Made by a program: the position numbers and the translations under genes
Notes under the pieces: generated by a model
What the model saw: only the letters and a program-made list of their open reading frames with translations
Databases searched by the model: none
What the model was told of the DNA's origin: nothing
In this document: positions 32,727 through 44,227 of the stretch, piece after piece
Numbering within the stretch: the first letter of the stretch is position 1
How the letters are laid out: each line of letters begins with the position of its first letter
Assembly: GCA_963849325.1 (NCBI GenBank)
Contig: CAWKHF010000012.1
Location: 1,024,001-1,088,000 of the forward strand
Length of the DNA: 64,000 nt
Source of the DNA: an uncultured Planctomycetota bacterium
Lineage (GTDB): Bacteria; Planctomycetota; Planctomycetia; Gemmatales; Gemmataceae
Direction: 5' to 3'

Positions 32727-34526
32727 TTAGCCCCCAAAGGGCATCGGCCCGAAGTGTTCGGCGACCGGGCCGAGCACGGCGGCGGGCATGAACAGCAAGG
32801 CGCCGACCAGCAGGATCGTGCCCAGGATGACGAAACCGAACGTGAGGGTGTCGGTGCGGAGCGTGCCGGAGGTGAACGGCGTCCGTTTCTTGGCGGCCAG
32901 ACTGCCCGCCAGCGCGATCGGGGCGATGATGGGGATGAATCGTCCCAGCAGCATGACCAGGCCGGTGGCGATGTCCCAGTGTGGACTGTAAGGGGCCGGC
33001 TCCTTGTTGTCGTTGAACCCGTAGGTGTCGCCCAGACCCTCGAAGCCCGAGCCGTTGTTGGCGGACGCCGAGCTGAATTCGTAGAGGATCTGCGAGAAGC
33101 CGTGCGGTCCCGGATTGTTGGCGGCGTCCGTGCCCCATTGGAGGGCGGCGAACAGGCCGGTCGGGCCGAGGATCAGGATGGGGTGGATCGAGCAGGGCGA
33201 GCATGGCCAGTTTCATCTCGCGCGCCTCGACCTTCTTGCCGAGATACTCCGGCGTGCGGCCGACCATCAGGCCGGCCAGGAACACGCCGACGATGAGGTA
33301 GACGAGCAGGTTCACCAGGCCGACGCCCTTGCCGCCGAAGACGCAGTTGAGCCACATGCCGGTAAACGGCGTCAGACCGGCCAGCGGATTGAGGCTGTCG
33401 TGCATGCAGTTGACCGAGCCGCACGTCACCGCCGTGGTCACGGCCGAGAACGTCGCCCCCGCCGAGGTGCCGAAACGCAGCTCCTTGCCTTCGAGGTTGC
33501 CCAACTCCGTTTGATCGACGGGCAGCGCCGGCAGGGCGGCGACGTCGATGCCGTCCTTGCTCTTCGTTCGTTCGGCGTGGGCAGTCAGGGCCGGATTGGG
33601 CTGCTGCGTGTCGAAGTGGACGGCCCAACCGATCATGCCGAGGAACATCATGAGCATGACGCCGTAGATGACGGCGGCATGTCGCATTTGCCGGAGCATT
33701 CGGCCGAACATGACCACCAGCGAGAACGGGAAGATCAAGATGCTGACGCACTCGAAGTAGTTGCTCCAGGCGCTGGGGTTCTCGTAGGGGTGGGCCGAGT
33801 TGGCGCCGAAGAAGCCGCCGCCGTTGGTGCCGAAGTGCTTGATGGGCAGCACGGCGGCCACCGGACCGCGAGCGATGGTCTGCGGCTTCGACCCGCCGTC
33901 ATCGCTCGCGCCCATCGCGTCCGGCTCGACCGTGGATGCGGCGGCGGCCTTCTCGAACGTCATCGGCACGCCCGCCGCCATCAGCAGGACACCGCCAAAC
34001 AGGCTGGCCGGGACGAACACGTAGGCGACCACTCGCCACATATCGAGGTAGTAATTGCCCATGTGACACGTCGCCGCGCAGGCCGCGCGTGATGGCGGCC
34101 AAGGCGCAGAAACCGACCGCCGCCGACACGAACATGTTCCAAACGAACAAAAGCGATCTGACTCCAGTACGACAGATGGACTTCGCCGGAGTAGTGCTGC
34201 AAGTTCGTGTTCGTCAAAAACGACGCGACCGTGTTGAAGATCGTTGTCGGAGCGAGCATGCCCTTGTCGTCGGGGTTGAGCGGCGCGTCCGGCTGCACGG
34301 CCAGCACGACGAAGCCGAAGACGAACATCACCGTGTTGAACAGCAGCAGCGACAGGGCGTACTGCTTCCAGTTCTGCGGCCCCGTGTTCAGACGCCCTTC
34401 GAGCCAGCGCAGCCAGCCGGGGGCGCGATAACGCCCATCCATGATCCAGGCCAGATACAGGCCGACCGGGATGGACAGGGCGATGGTGGTGCCGACGATG
34501 AGCAGCGGCAAAAACCAAACCGACAT
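32727..34526 (-). CDS. kdpA: K+-transporting ATPase subunit A, frameshifted
   Basis: TNTNLQHYSGE, GTNGGGFFGANSAHPYENP, GRTPEYLGKK, ANNGSGFEG. Confidence 0.95.
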
Positions 34527-34542
34527 GGGTTCGCCTTTCGTC

Positions 34543-34623
34543 CTAGAACCACTCGGGGCGCAACAGCGCCGCGAGCAGGTAGATGAACAGGAACAGAGTC
34601 ACGAGGACCGTCAGCCAGATCAT
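34543..34623 (-). CDS. kdpF: KdpF peptide
   Basis: MIWLTVLVTLFLFIYLLAALLRPEWF with GGAGG RBS. Confidence 0.9.
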   Translation of the reverse strand: MIWLTVLVTLFLFIYLLAALLRPEWF

Positions 34624-34635
34624 GAGCAATCCTCC

Positions 34636-34730
34636 TTACACTTTGTCGCAGCCTGCCAGAAAGGCGAACATCAGGGCCATCGTGGCGAGGCCGAGCAGGA
34701 ACAGGCCGGCAACCAGACAGTAAGATTCAT
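34636..34730 (-). CDS. Small membrane peptide upstream of kdpF (needs +1 nt)
   Basis: MNLTVWLPA(L)FLLGLATMALMFAFLAGCDKV after restoring one C. Confidence 0.6.
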
Positions 34731-34797
34731 GGCGTCGCTTCGCTCCAGTCGAGGGGCGGATGGAATGACGTCGGGTTAATCCTGCTTCACCCGAGAA

Positions 34798-34814
34798 AGC
34801 AATCGCCGCGCCAG
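34798..34814 (-). promoter_or_regulatory. Sigma54 -24/-12 promoter of the kdp operon
   Basis: CTGGCGCGGCGATTGCT against consensus YTGGCACG-N4-TTGCW (one mismatch). Confidence 0.8.
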
Positions 34815-34893
34815 GGAAGCCACGATTCCACTAAGTGACGCTGCCGGGGCGTCTTTCGCCATCGAGAGGTTCGTGCGAAGCCTTCCGCCACCA

Positions 34894-34927
34894 TTGCAAG
34901 TTGCCCGATCGATCTTGCAAAATGCAA
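34894..34927. promoter_or_regulatory. Tandem upstream activator sites
   Basis: TTGCA-AGT-TGCCC (34894) and TTGCA-AAA-TGCAA (34915), 21 bp apart. Confidence 0.6.
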
Positions 34928-34993
34928 GACGGCGAGCGAGAGGCGTCGATCGCGCCTGGCCAATGCCGATCGCAGCCGCTAGGAACATGAGTC

Positions 34994-36336
<1,343 letters not shown>

Positions 36337-36337
36337 A

Positions 36338-36412
36338 AATAGCGAATAGGGAATAGGGCATAGCGAATCGGGAATACGGAAGAAGCTTTGCCCCTATTCC
36401 CTACTCGCCTAT
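36338..36412. repeat. Degenerate GGGAATA 7-mer inverted array
   Basis: AATAGCGAATAGGGAATAGGG ... CCCTATTCCCTACTCGCCTAT. Confidence 0.7.
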
Positions 36413-36429
36413 GAAAGCGCGGAGGAACC

Positions 36430-38333
36430 ATGACTCTGCGGCAGCGGATCCTGTTGACGTTGGCCCCGCTGGTGTGCCTGCTCGCGGTCATCGGCGCGAC
36501 CGGCATCTTCCTGCTCCGCCAGGTCGGCAATCGCATCGAGGACATCCTGCGCGAGAACTACGTCAGCGTCGAGGCCATGGTCGGTCTCAACGAGGCGCTG
36601 GAGCGCATCGACTCCTCCTTCCAGTTCGCCCTGCAGGGCAAGGAAGACGCCGAACGGCGAATATGAGGCCAATTGGGTAGATTGTACGACGAGAACCTGC
36701 AGCGCGAGGAGAACAACATCACCGAGCCGGGCGAGCAGGAGCTGGTGGACCGGTTGAACGACGCTGACGGACGAGTACCGGCGAGCGCGGCGATCGCTTC
36801 TTCGGCCGGCGAACTCGCCGGCGACGCGATCGCGAGGCGTATTTCGGCGACGCGAAGGGCAACGGGGGCTGTTCCAGTGTTTTCGAGACATCAAGGCGAC
36901 GGCCGGCGCGATCCGCAAGCTGAACCAGGACAGCATGGAGAGGGCCAGCGCGAAGGCCAAGCGGGCGGCGAGGATCTCGCAGCTCTGGCTGGGCGTCGGC
37001 CTGGCGGCCACGGTCGGCGCTGGCCGGCCTGCTGATCTGGAGCACGACGCGCGCGGTCCTGCGGCCGATCCAGGCCGTCACGCAGTCGGCCATCGCCATC
37101 GGGGCCGGCAACCTCAACCAGGCGGTGCCGGTCGTCGTCGCGCGACGAGATGGGCCAGCTCGCCGAGGCGTTCAACCGCATGGCCCGCCAGCTGCGCGAC
37201 TACCGCGAGTCGCACTCCGCCCGCCTGCTGCGCGTGCAGCGCACCAGCCAGGCGACCATCGACTCCTTCCCCGATCCGGTGCTGGTGGTCGATCCGGGCG
37301 GCCGGGTCGAGATGGCCAACCCGGCGGCGCATCGACTTGCTGGGGATCGTGCCGCCACGGCCAGGGCACCGAGCGGCATACGCCTGGCTGCCGCCGACGT
37401 CCCTGCGCGCAGCCGCTGGAGGACGCCTTGCACAAGCACCGCGCCTTTCTGACCCAGGCGTTCGACCAGACCGTCACCTTCCGCCACAACGGCGAGGACC
37501 GCGCCTACCTGCCGCAGATCCTGCCCATCCACGACCCCTTCGGCAGCACGCTCGGCGCCGCCGTGGTGCTCAACGACGTGACGCGCTTCCGCCTGCTCGA
37601 CCAGATCAAGAGCGACCTGGTGGCCACGGTCAGCCACGAACTGAAGACGCCGCTGACCAGCGTCCGCCTGGTGCTGCACCTGCTGCTGGAGGAGACGGTC
37701 GGCCCGCTGACGCCCAAGCAGACGGAGTTGCTGATCGACGCCCGCGACAACGCCGAGCGGCTGCTGGACATGATCGAGCACCTGCTGGCCCTGGCGCGGC
37801 TGGAACAGGGACGCGAGTCGCTGCAGCTCCAGGCCGGAGACGCCGCAGGACGCTCTTGCAGGCGGCCGCCGAGACGGCCCGGCCGCGCGCCGAGGCGAAG
37901 CACGTCGAGCTGGTCGGTCGAGGACGCGTCGCACCTGCCGCCGGTGGCCGCCGACCCGGTGCGCCTCGGCCATGCCCTCAACAACCTGCTCGACAACGCC
38001 TTGACCTACACCGAACCCGGCGGGCGCGATCACGCTGTCGGCCGCGCTCTCGACGAACGCACGGTGCGGCTGTCGGTGGCGGACACCGGCCTGGGCATCC
38101 CGGCGGAGTATCTGCCGCACGTCTTCGACAAGTTCTTCCGCGTGCCGGACCAGAGCCGCGGCCACGGCACCGGCCTGGGCCTGGCCATCGTCCGCGAGAT
38201 CGTGCTGGCCCACGGCGGACAGGTGAGCTGCGAGAGCCAACCGGGACGGGGCACGGTATTTTCTCTGACGTTGCCTGTATGGCGCGAAGATAGGCAGCCG
38301 TCGCATCCGGACGAGCCATTGCTGCTCGCATAG
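36430..38333 (+). CDS. Histidine kinase (TM, periplasmic domain, HAMP, PAS), frameshifted
   Basis: ILRENYVSV, HAMP QLAEAFNRMA, SHELKTPL, NLLDNA, DTGLGI, GTGLGL. Confidence 0.9.
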
Positions 38334-38341
38334 GGATTATC

Positions 38342-39475
38342 ATGACCACGCCTTCGGGAGAGCGGCCGTCGCCGGAGCACTTCCTGGCGCTGATCCGCGA
38401 GCAGCAGCGCGGCCGGCTCAAGGTCTACCTCGGCTTCGCGGCCGGCGTCGGCAAGACCTACGAGATGCTGCAGGAAGGCCACCGCCTGCAAGCAGCAGGG
38501 CGTGGACGTGGTCGTCGGCGTCGTCGAGACGCACGGCCGGGCCGACACGGCGGCGCTGATCGGCGACCTGGAGCAGGTGCCGCGGCGGCGCATCGAATAT
38601 CGCGGCGTCGTGCTGGAGGAGATGGACCTCGACGCCATCCTCGCCCGCCGGCCGCAGGTGGCCCTGGTGGACGAGCTGGCCCACACCAACGCCCCGGGCA
38701 GCCGCAACGCCAAGCGCTATCAGGACGTGGAGGAGCTGCTGCAGGCCGGCATCCACGTCATCACCACGCTGAACATTCAGCACCTGGAAAGCCTGTACGA
38801 CATCGTCGAGAGCTGCACCGGCGTCAAGGTCAAGGAGCGCGTGCCGGACTACGTCCTCGGCCAGGCCGACCAGATCGTCAACGTCGATCTGTCGGCGGAG
38901 GACTTGCAGGAGCGCCTGCGCGGCGGCAAGGTCTATCCGCGCGAGCGCGTCGAGAGCGCGCTGGCCAACTTCTTCACCGGAGAGAACCTGACGCGCCTGC
39001 GCGAGCTGGCCCTGGAAGAGATCCGCCACCTCCTCGACCGCCGCCGGCAGGCGCAGAGCGGCGGACGCCCAGGCGGCGTCGGGCCGCGTCATGGTCTGCC
39101 TCAGCTCGCGCAGCCCCAACGCCGCACGTGCTGCTGCGCAAGGGGGCGCGGCTGGCCGACCGCCTGCACGCCCCCTGGTACGCGGTCTACATCAAGACGC
39201 CGAGCGAGGACCTGTCGCGCGTCGATGCGGCGACGCAGCGGCGGATCGCCGACACGCTGGCCCTGGCCCACCAGCTCGGCGCCGTGCCGCTGAATTACGC
39301 CGGCGCGGATTTCGCCGGCGCCGTGGCGGCGTTCGTCCACGAGTACGGCATCACGCACATCGTCCTGGGCCGGACACAGCGGCCGTGGTATCGCCGCTGG
39401 TTCGGCCAATCGCCGCTCGACCGACTGCTCCGCGCCGTTCGCGGCGTCGATGTGATCGTGGTGGACACGCTCTGA
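38342..39475 (+). CDS. kdpD: Soluble KdpD sensor domain plus Usp domain (split KdpD), frameshifted
   Basis: GVGKTYEML, VETHGR, VDELAHTN, TLNIQHLESL, then a Usp-like end. No TM or kinase part. Confidence 0.88.
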   Translation: MTTPSGERPSPEHFLALIREQQRGRLKVYLGFAAGVGKTYEMLQEGHRLQAAGRGRGRRRRRDARPGRHGGADRRPGAGAAAAHRISRRRAGGDGPRRHPRPPAAGGPGGRAGPHQRPGQPQRQALSGRGGAAAGRHPRHHHAEHSAPGKPVRHRRELHRRQGQGARAGLRPRPGRPDRQRRSVGGGLAGAPARRQGLSARARRERAGQLLHRREPDAPARAGPGRDPPPPRPPPAGAERRTPRRRRAASWSASARAAPTPHVLLRKGARLADRLHAPWYAVYIKTPSEDLSRVDAATQRRIADTLALAHQLGAVPLNYAGADFAGAVAAFVHEYGITHIVLGRTQRPWYRRWFGQSPLDRLLRAVRGVDVIVVDTL

Positions 39476-39499
39476 ACAGGGGCGCCGCCCCGGTCGAAA

Positions 39500-39730
39500 T
39501 CAGCCGTGGGTATGCTCCGGGTCGCGACGGACGTGCAAGACGACGGCCTGCGCCGGCGTCGGCGTCCAGTCCTCCGGCAGCGGGCTGTCGCAATGAAAAC
39601 AGAGGATCTTGCCGGGGAAGCGCGAACTGGTCCCGTGTACGTAGTGCCCATGTCGGTGCAGCATGCCCAGGATTTTTCGCGGACATTCGCGCGCCAGCTG
39701 CAACCAGGCTTCGTCTTGACTCATGGCCAT
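39500..39730 (-). CDS. Small hypothetical His/Cys-rich protein
   Basis: AAGGAG RBS, HRHGH, CFHC. Confidence 0.5.
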   Translation of the reverse strand: MAMSQDEAWLQLARECPRKILGMLHRHGHYVHGTSSRFPGKILCFHCDSPLPEDWTPTPAQAVVLHVRRDPEHTHG

Positions 39731-40270
39731 TCTCCTTGTGCGAGACGGACGGAAATCGAACCGAGACCCGCGCGACGACCAACTCGGCTCGGCTCTCCCT
39801 TGAGCGGCCAGGTCCGCGCGCACCCCTCCCGGCAGCGCCTGGGATGAGAAGCGTTCCAGCGGGATAATCGGCGTGAATGGAAAGATCAGGGCCCGTGGAC
39901 CACGATGGTTTCACCGGGAGTTTGAGGGCTTGCGTGGCATCGAATAGATAGTTTACCGTCGCGGCCGGGCAAGTCGATGGCACTCTCGCCCCTCATTGCC
40001 GGCCGATTCCGCCGTGGACCCGCCTACTCGTTAGCCTCCTCAATCCTTAACAGACCTTTCCTCCTTGCTTCCGGGCATCGGCCGCGGCGAGTTGCCCTGG
40101 ACATTCATGCGAAGCAATTGATATGAGACGAGCCTGGGGCCGCCGGTAGCAAAATAGGGGGGAGAGAATGCCGAGGGGAGATAGGACATTCATCTCCCGG
40201 CGGCGGTGTGAGCCGGGGCTGTCAAGCCCTGGTCGAAAGATCGATCATCAGGCCCGCGTAGCGCAAGGAC

Positions 40271-43200
40271 GTGAGGATGAGGCTCGACCGCGAGCACGCT
40301 GCGGGGATCGCCGCCTTGCTGATGCTGTTGCTGGCGACCGCCACTCGGGTGGAGGGTGGAGGTTGGAGGGTGGAGGGAACAGACAACTCTTCTCCCTCCA
40401 CCCTTCTCCCTCCACCCTCCACCCAGGAGTGGCCGGCCTGGCTGCCGCGCTACGACGTCGGCATGGACCTCGACCTCGCCAATCACTGCGCCCGCGTCGT
40501 CATGCGGGCCACCTGGATCAACCCTCAGCCGATCCCCACGCGGGAGCTGGTCTTCAACGCCCATTCGCGCTACGTCGTTCCGAAGGGCGACATCGGCATT
40601 ACCGCCAAGACACTCGAGCTGCTGCGCCTGGCTCCTGGCGACTCGATGGGAGTCAAGAATCCTCCCTGCGACATCCAGCGAATCGCCCTGCTGAACTCGA
40701 CGGGGCCACCCCTGCCGCTGGATTTCCGCTATGACGGCGACACGAAGACGACACTGGTGGTGCCGCTGCCGCGCGCGGTTGGACCGGGCGAAGCGGTGAC
40801 GGTGATGCTCGAATTGACCATGCATCTGCCGCCCAAGCAGGGACGTTGGGGCCAGTGGCAGGGCGTCACCACGTTGAGTAACTGGCTGCCCGTCTTCGCC
40901 TACTACGGACCTCCGCGCGACTGGCCGACCAGCACGCCCGCTCCACCGCGGCCGGCCCCGACGCCGGCCTGTACCTGGCAGCCGACGCCGTTCATCCCCT
41001 GGCATCAGCCGTTCTTCAACGAGGCGGCGCATTACCGCGTCCGCGCCGTCCTGCCGGGCGACCAGCTCCTCGCCTGCACCGGCAACAGGGTGGCCACGCG
41101 CTTCCTCGACGACGGCCGACAAGAAGTGGACATCGTCGCTCTCGGCGTCCGCGATTTCGCCTTGCTCTGCAGCGCCCGCTACCAAGTCTTCGACGGCTTC
41201 GTACCGACGCCGCAACCCCAGGCGAGCGCCTCCCTCCACCCGCCGCGCCCCGCGGCGGATGCGGACACCCTGCACGCGCCGCGTCCTCTCGACAACTCTT
41301 CCTCACCCCCCACCCCTCTCCCCCGAAGCGGGGAAGAGGGGGGCCACTTTCTCCCCTCTCCCCCGCTTCGGGGGAGAGGGGTGGGGGGTGAGGGGGCGGC
41401 ACACGGTGTCCACATCCGCGTCCTCGCCTTCCCCGAGCACGAGTATTACGCGCGCGAGATGGTACGCATCGCTACCGAGGCCATCACCGCCTACAGCAAA
41501 TGGTTCGGTCCCTACCCCTGGCCGGAATTCACCATCGCCGAGGCGTTCTTCGGCTGGAACGGCAACGAGTGCTCCACGCTCGTCATGATCGACGAGCGCA
41601 TCTTCGCCATGCCGCACCTGGCGGGCAATTTCGTCGATTACCTCGTGTCCCACGAAATCTGTCATCAGTGGTGGTACAACCAGGTCGGCACCAATGGTTA
41701 CTGCGAGACCTGGATGGACGAGGGATTGGCCACCTACTTCAGTCATCGTTTGCTCAACGCCAAGGTCGGCAAGAACAACAACCTGATGACTTATCCCAAA
41801 GGATTGGGTTGGATACCCAATATCCCACGGGAGACGTATCGCTCTTACGGCCTGTACGGCGCCCTGGGCCGGGGCGACAATGGCCCCATCGTGCGGCCCA
41901 TGTCCGGCTTCGGTCACGTGGCCAACCTCTTCAGCATGACCTACGACAAGGGGTCGCGCATCGTCGGCCTGATCGAGGATCGCCTCGGCCCCGAGGCCTT
42001 CCTCGATTTCATGCGCGTCGTCTTCCACCGCTATCGCTATCGCATCCTGCGCGTCGCCGATTTTCAGCACGAACTGGAAGCCTACACCGGCCGTTCGTGG
42101 GACGAATTCTTCCGCAATTGGCTGTATGGACCTGGCGTGTCCGACTGGGGCATCGAGAAGGTCCAGGTCCAGGCGCCGCCCAAATGCGCCGCTGGGAAAC
42201 CGACTCGGGGATCGCCATGCCGCGACCCGCAATCCACTCGTGTCACCGTCTTCTTGCGCCAGAAGGCCGACATCAACGAACAGACGGTGCTGGGCATCGC
42301 GCTGCCGGGCCAGCAAGGCTATCCGATCCGCATCCCCATCCTGCCGCGAGCGGAGGCATACGATGCGGACGAACCGCCGGCGCACGTCGAGCCGCTGGGC
42401 GATACCTGTGTCCGCGTCGATCTTTGGCTGTCCGAGGCGCCGGCGCAGATCGCCGTCGATCCGGATCAGATCCTCGTGGACCGTAATCCGGCGAATAACT
42501 TCTGGAAGGCGCCGGTGCGTTATCGCGTCACGCCGGTGTACACGTTTCTCGAAGAGACGGACATCACCACGGCCTACGATCGCTGGAACGTCATTATTGG
42601 GCCGTGGATCTACGGCACGGCGTATTACGACGCCTGGTACACACGGACGACGGCGACCATGGTTGGTTTCCGCGCCGGGCTGTACCGCACGCAAACCTTC
42701 GCCGGCGGCGTGTACACGGGTTATCGCACTGACTACCGCGACGTGGTGGCCGGCGTGGACGGACTGTTCGACCACTTTCCCGACAGTCATTTCCAGGTCG
42801 GCTTCGATTTCGAACAGCGGCTGGCGCAGGTTTTACCGGGTCAGATCGATGCCAAGCGCGGCGTGCTGTTTGGCCGTTACATCTTCAAGTACGGCTCCAG
42901 TCTTTATTATCCGCCGATGGAGTTCATGGAGTCGTTCGTCACCTACCAGGACAATTTCCTGCCCTTCGTGGCCAATCCGACCATCCAGGGCGTCCGCTTC
43001 GACAATACGACGTCGGCCGGCTTCCACTACCGCAAGGACTACTTGACACCGTACTGGAACCCGGAAGGCGGCTTTCGCTTCGACGTGTGGTATGAAGGCG
43101 GCGTGGCGATGCAACCGCAAACGGTGGGCATGCAGAAGTTCTCCAGTCAGTTCTCGTTCGTGCAGACGCTACCGGATTTTTCCGATGCCGTGGCGGGGCT

Positions 43201-43654
43201 GCCGTGGCTGGCCGCTCCGCTGCAGTGGTTGGGCCAATCGCGGTTGGCGTTACGCGGCTATGGCGGAACGAGCGAACCCAATCGCGGCGAGTTTTACAGC
43301 ATGGGCGGCAGCATGTATTTCCGCGGCTTCGACCTGGCCCAGCGCCAGGGCAGTACGATCTGGGTTGGCAGTGCCGAATGGCGTCTGCCGGTGGCTCGCA
43401 ATCTGCACCTGGACGCCTGCGATCACGTCTTCAGCCTGCACAACATCGACGTGGTGCCGTTCTACGACGTCGGCAACGTCTACACCTACGATCACTCCGT
43501 CGGTCCAACCGCTCACGCTGTCGGCGCCAGCTTCCGTTTCGACGTGTCCTGGTTCAGCTTCGTCGAACGCACCCTCCTCCGCTTCGACATCGCCAAGACC
43601 CTGAACGTCAGCTCGCCCATGCAGTTCTGGTTCGGTGTGGGAGTACCGTTCTAA
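40271..43654 (+). CDS. M1-family metallopeptidase fused to an Omp85-like C-terminal beta-barrel
   Basis: HEICHQWW..WMDEGLA, YDKG. C-terminal YFRGFD, amphipathic strands, terminal Phe. Confidence 0.8.
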   Translation: MRMRLDREHAAGIAALLMLLLATATRVEGGGWRVEGTDNSSPSTLLPPPSTQEWPAWLPRYDVGMDLDLANHCARVVMRATWINPQPIPTRELVFNAHSRYVVPKGDIGITAKTLELLRLAPGDSMGVKNPPCDIQRIALLNSTGPPLPLDFRYDGDTKTTLVVPLPRAVGPGEAVTVMLELTMHLPPKQGRWGQWQGVTTLSNWLPVFAYYGPPRDWPTSTPAPPRPAPTPACTWQPTPFIPWHQPFFNEAAHYRVRAVLPGDQLLACTGNRVATRFLDDGRQEVDIVALGVRDFALLCSARYQVFDGFVPTPQPQASASLHPPRPAADADTLHAPRPLDNSSSPPTPLPRSGEEGGHFLPSPPLRGRGVGGEGAAHGVHIRVLAFPEHEYYAREMVRIATEAITAYSKWFGPYPWPEFTIAEAFFGWNGNECSTLVMIDERIFAMPHLAGNFVDYLVSHEICHQWWYNQVGTNGYCETWMDEGLATYFSHRLLNAKVGKNNNLMTYPKGLGWIPNIPRETYRSYGLYGALGRGDNGPIVRPMSGFGHVANLFSMTYDKGSRIVGLIEDRLGPEAFLDFMRVVFHRYRYRILRVADFQHELEAYTGRSWDEFFRNWLYGPGVSDWGIEKVQVQAPPKCAAGKPTRGSPCRDPQSTRVTVFLRQKADINEQTVLGIALPGQQGYPIRIPILPRAEAYDADEPPAHVEPLGDTCVRVDLWLSEAPAQIAVDPDQILVDRNPANNFWKAPVRYRVTPVYTFLEETDITTAYDRWNVIIGPWIYGTAYYDAWYTRTTATMVGFRAGLYRTQTFAGGVYTGYRTDYRDVVAGVDGLFDHFPDSHFQVGFDFEQRLAQVLPGQIDAKRGVLFGRYIFKYGSSLYYPPMEFMESFVTYQDNFLPFVANPTIQGVRFDNTTSAGFHYRKDYLTPYWNPEGGFRFDVWYEGGVAMQPQTVGMQKFSSQFSFVQTLPDFSDAVAGLPWLAAPLQWLGQSRLALRGYGGTSEPNRGEFYSMGGSMYFRGFDLAQRQGSTIWVGSAEWRLPVARNLHLDACDHVFSLHNIDVVPFYDVGNVYTYDHSVGPTAHAVGASFRFDVSWFSFVERTLLRFDIAKTLNVSSPMQFWFGVGVPF
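40347..40424. repeat. GGGTGGA 7-mer inverted array, in frame
   Basis: Encodes RVEGGGWRVEG..PSTLLPPPST. Confidence 0.8.
41301..41394. repeat. Family D pair, in frame
   Basis: Same unit as 10763-10865. Encodes SPPTPLPRSGEEG..PSPPLRGRGVGGEG. Confidence 0.85.
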
Positions 43655-43657
43655 AAA

Positions 43658-43787
43658 GGGAATAGGGAATAGGGAATAGGGAATAGGGAATAGGGGCGTG
43701 GCATCTTCTCTCGCCCCTATTCCCTATTCCCTATTCCCTATTCCCTATTCCCTATTCCCTATTCCCTATTCCCTATTCCCTATTCCC
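43658..43787. repeat. (GGGAATA)5 - loop - (TATTCCC)10 between convergent genes
   Basis: Perfect units, counted directly. Confidence 0.95.
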
Positions 43788-43788
43788 T

Positions 43789-44064
43789 TTATTTGCCGGG
43801 TATCACGGCGATGGAGCCGGTCTCGGAGACGTAGATGAGGTTGCCGTTCTCCTCATCCTTGTAGACCTCGATGCCGTACTTCTTGGTGTCCTTGTTGAAA
43901 TCGTATTCGCTGAACTTGCGCGATTTGAGGTTGAAGCCGTGCAGCCAGGTCGGCGCCTTGACCTTGTTGTCGGCGGCGCGAACGAACGGCAGATGCGGCG
44001 CCAGGAACAGGCCGAGCAGGAAGCACACCAGGGCGAGAAGGGGGACGCGCACGCGATGGGACAT
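43789..44064 (-). CDS. Small exported hypothetical protein
   Basis: Hydrophobic N-terminus, coding-like composition, YGIEVYKDE..LIYVSETGSIAV. Confidence 0.75.
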   Translation of the reverse strand: MSHRVRVPLLALVCFLLGLFLAPHLPFVRAADNKVKAPTWLHGFNLKSRKFSEYDFNKDTKKYGIEVYKDEENGNLIYVSETGSIAVIPGK

Positions 44065-44227
44065 GATGGACCTCTCGTGAAAGACAGCCCGAAACAGCCG
44101 CGGGGACATCCCGCAAGGCAAAAGGACGATTCAGCGCCGCCGGACTAACGGCGTTTCGCAACGTCCAGAGGAAGGGTAGCAATTGGGTGGCTGTTGTCCA
44201 CGCGAGCGGCCGGCCCGCGCCGGACGC

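Noticed and set aside
34630-34990. c-di-AMP (ydaO) riboswitch upstream of kdp
   Set aside because: No recognisable conserved motif by eye, and the space is accounted for by the promoter and enhancer-like sites. An Rfam scan would confirm.
39730-40270. 540-bp intergenic region as an ncRNA
   Set aside because: No convincing stems, terminator or known motif. It is likely divergent promoter space.
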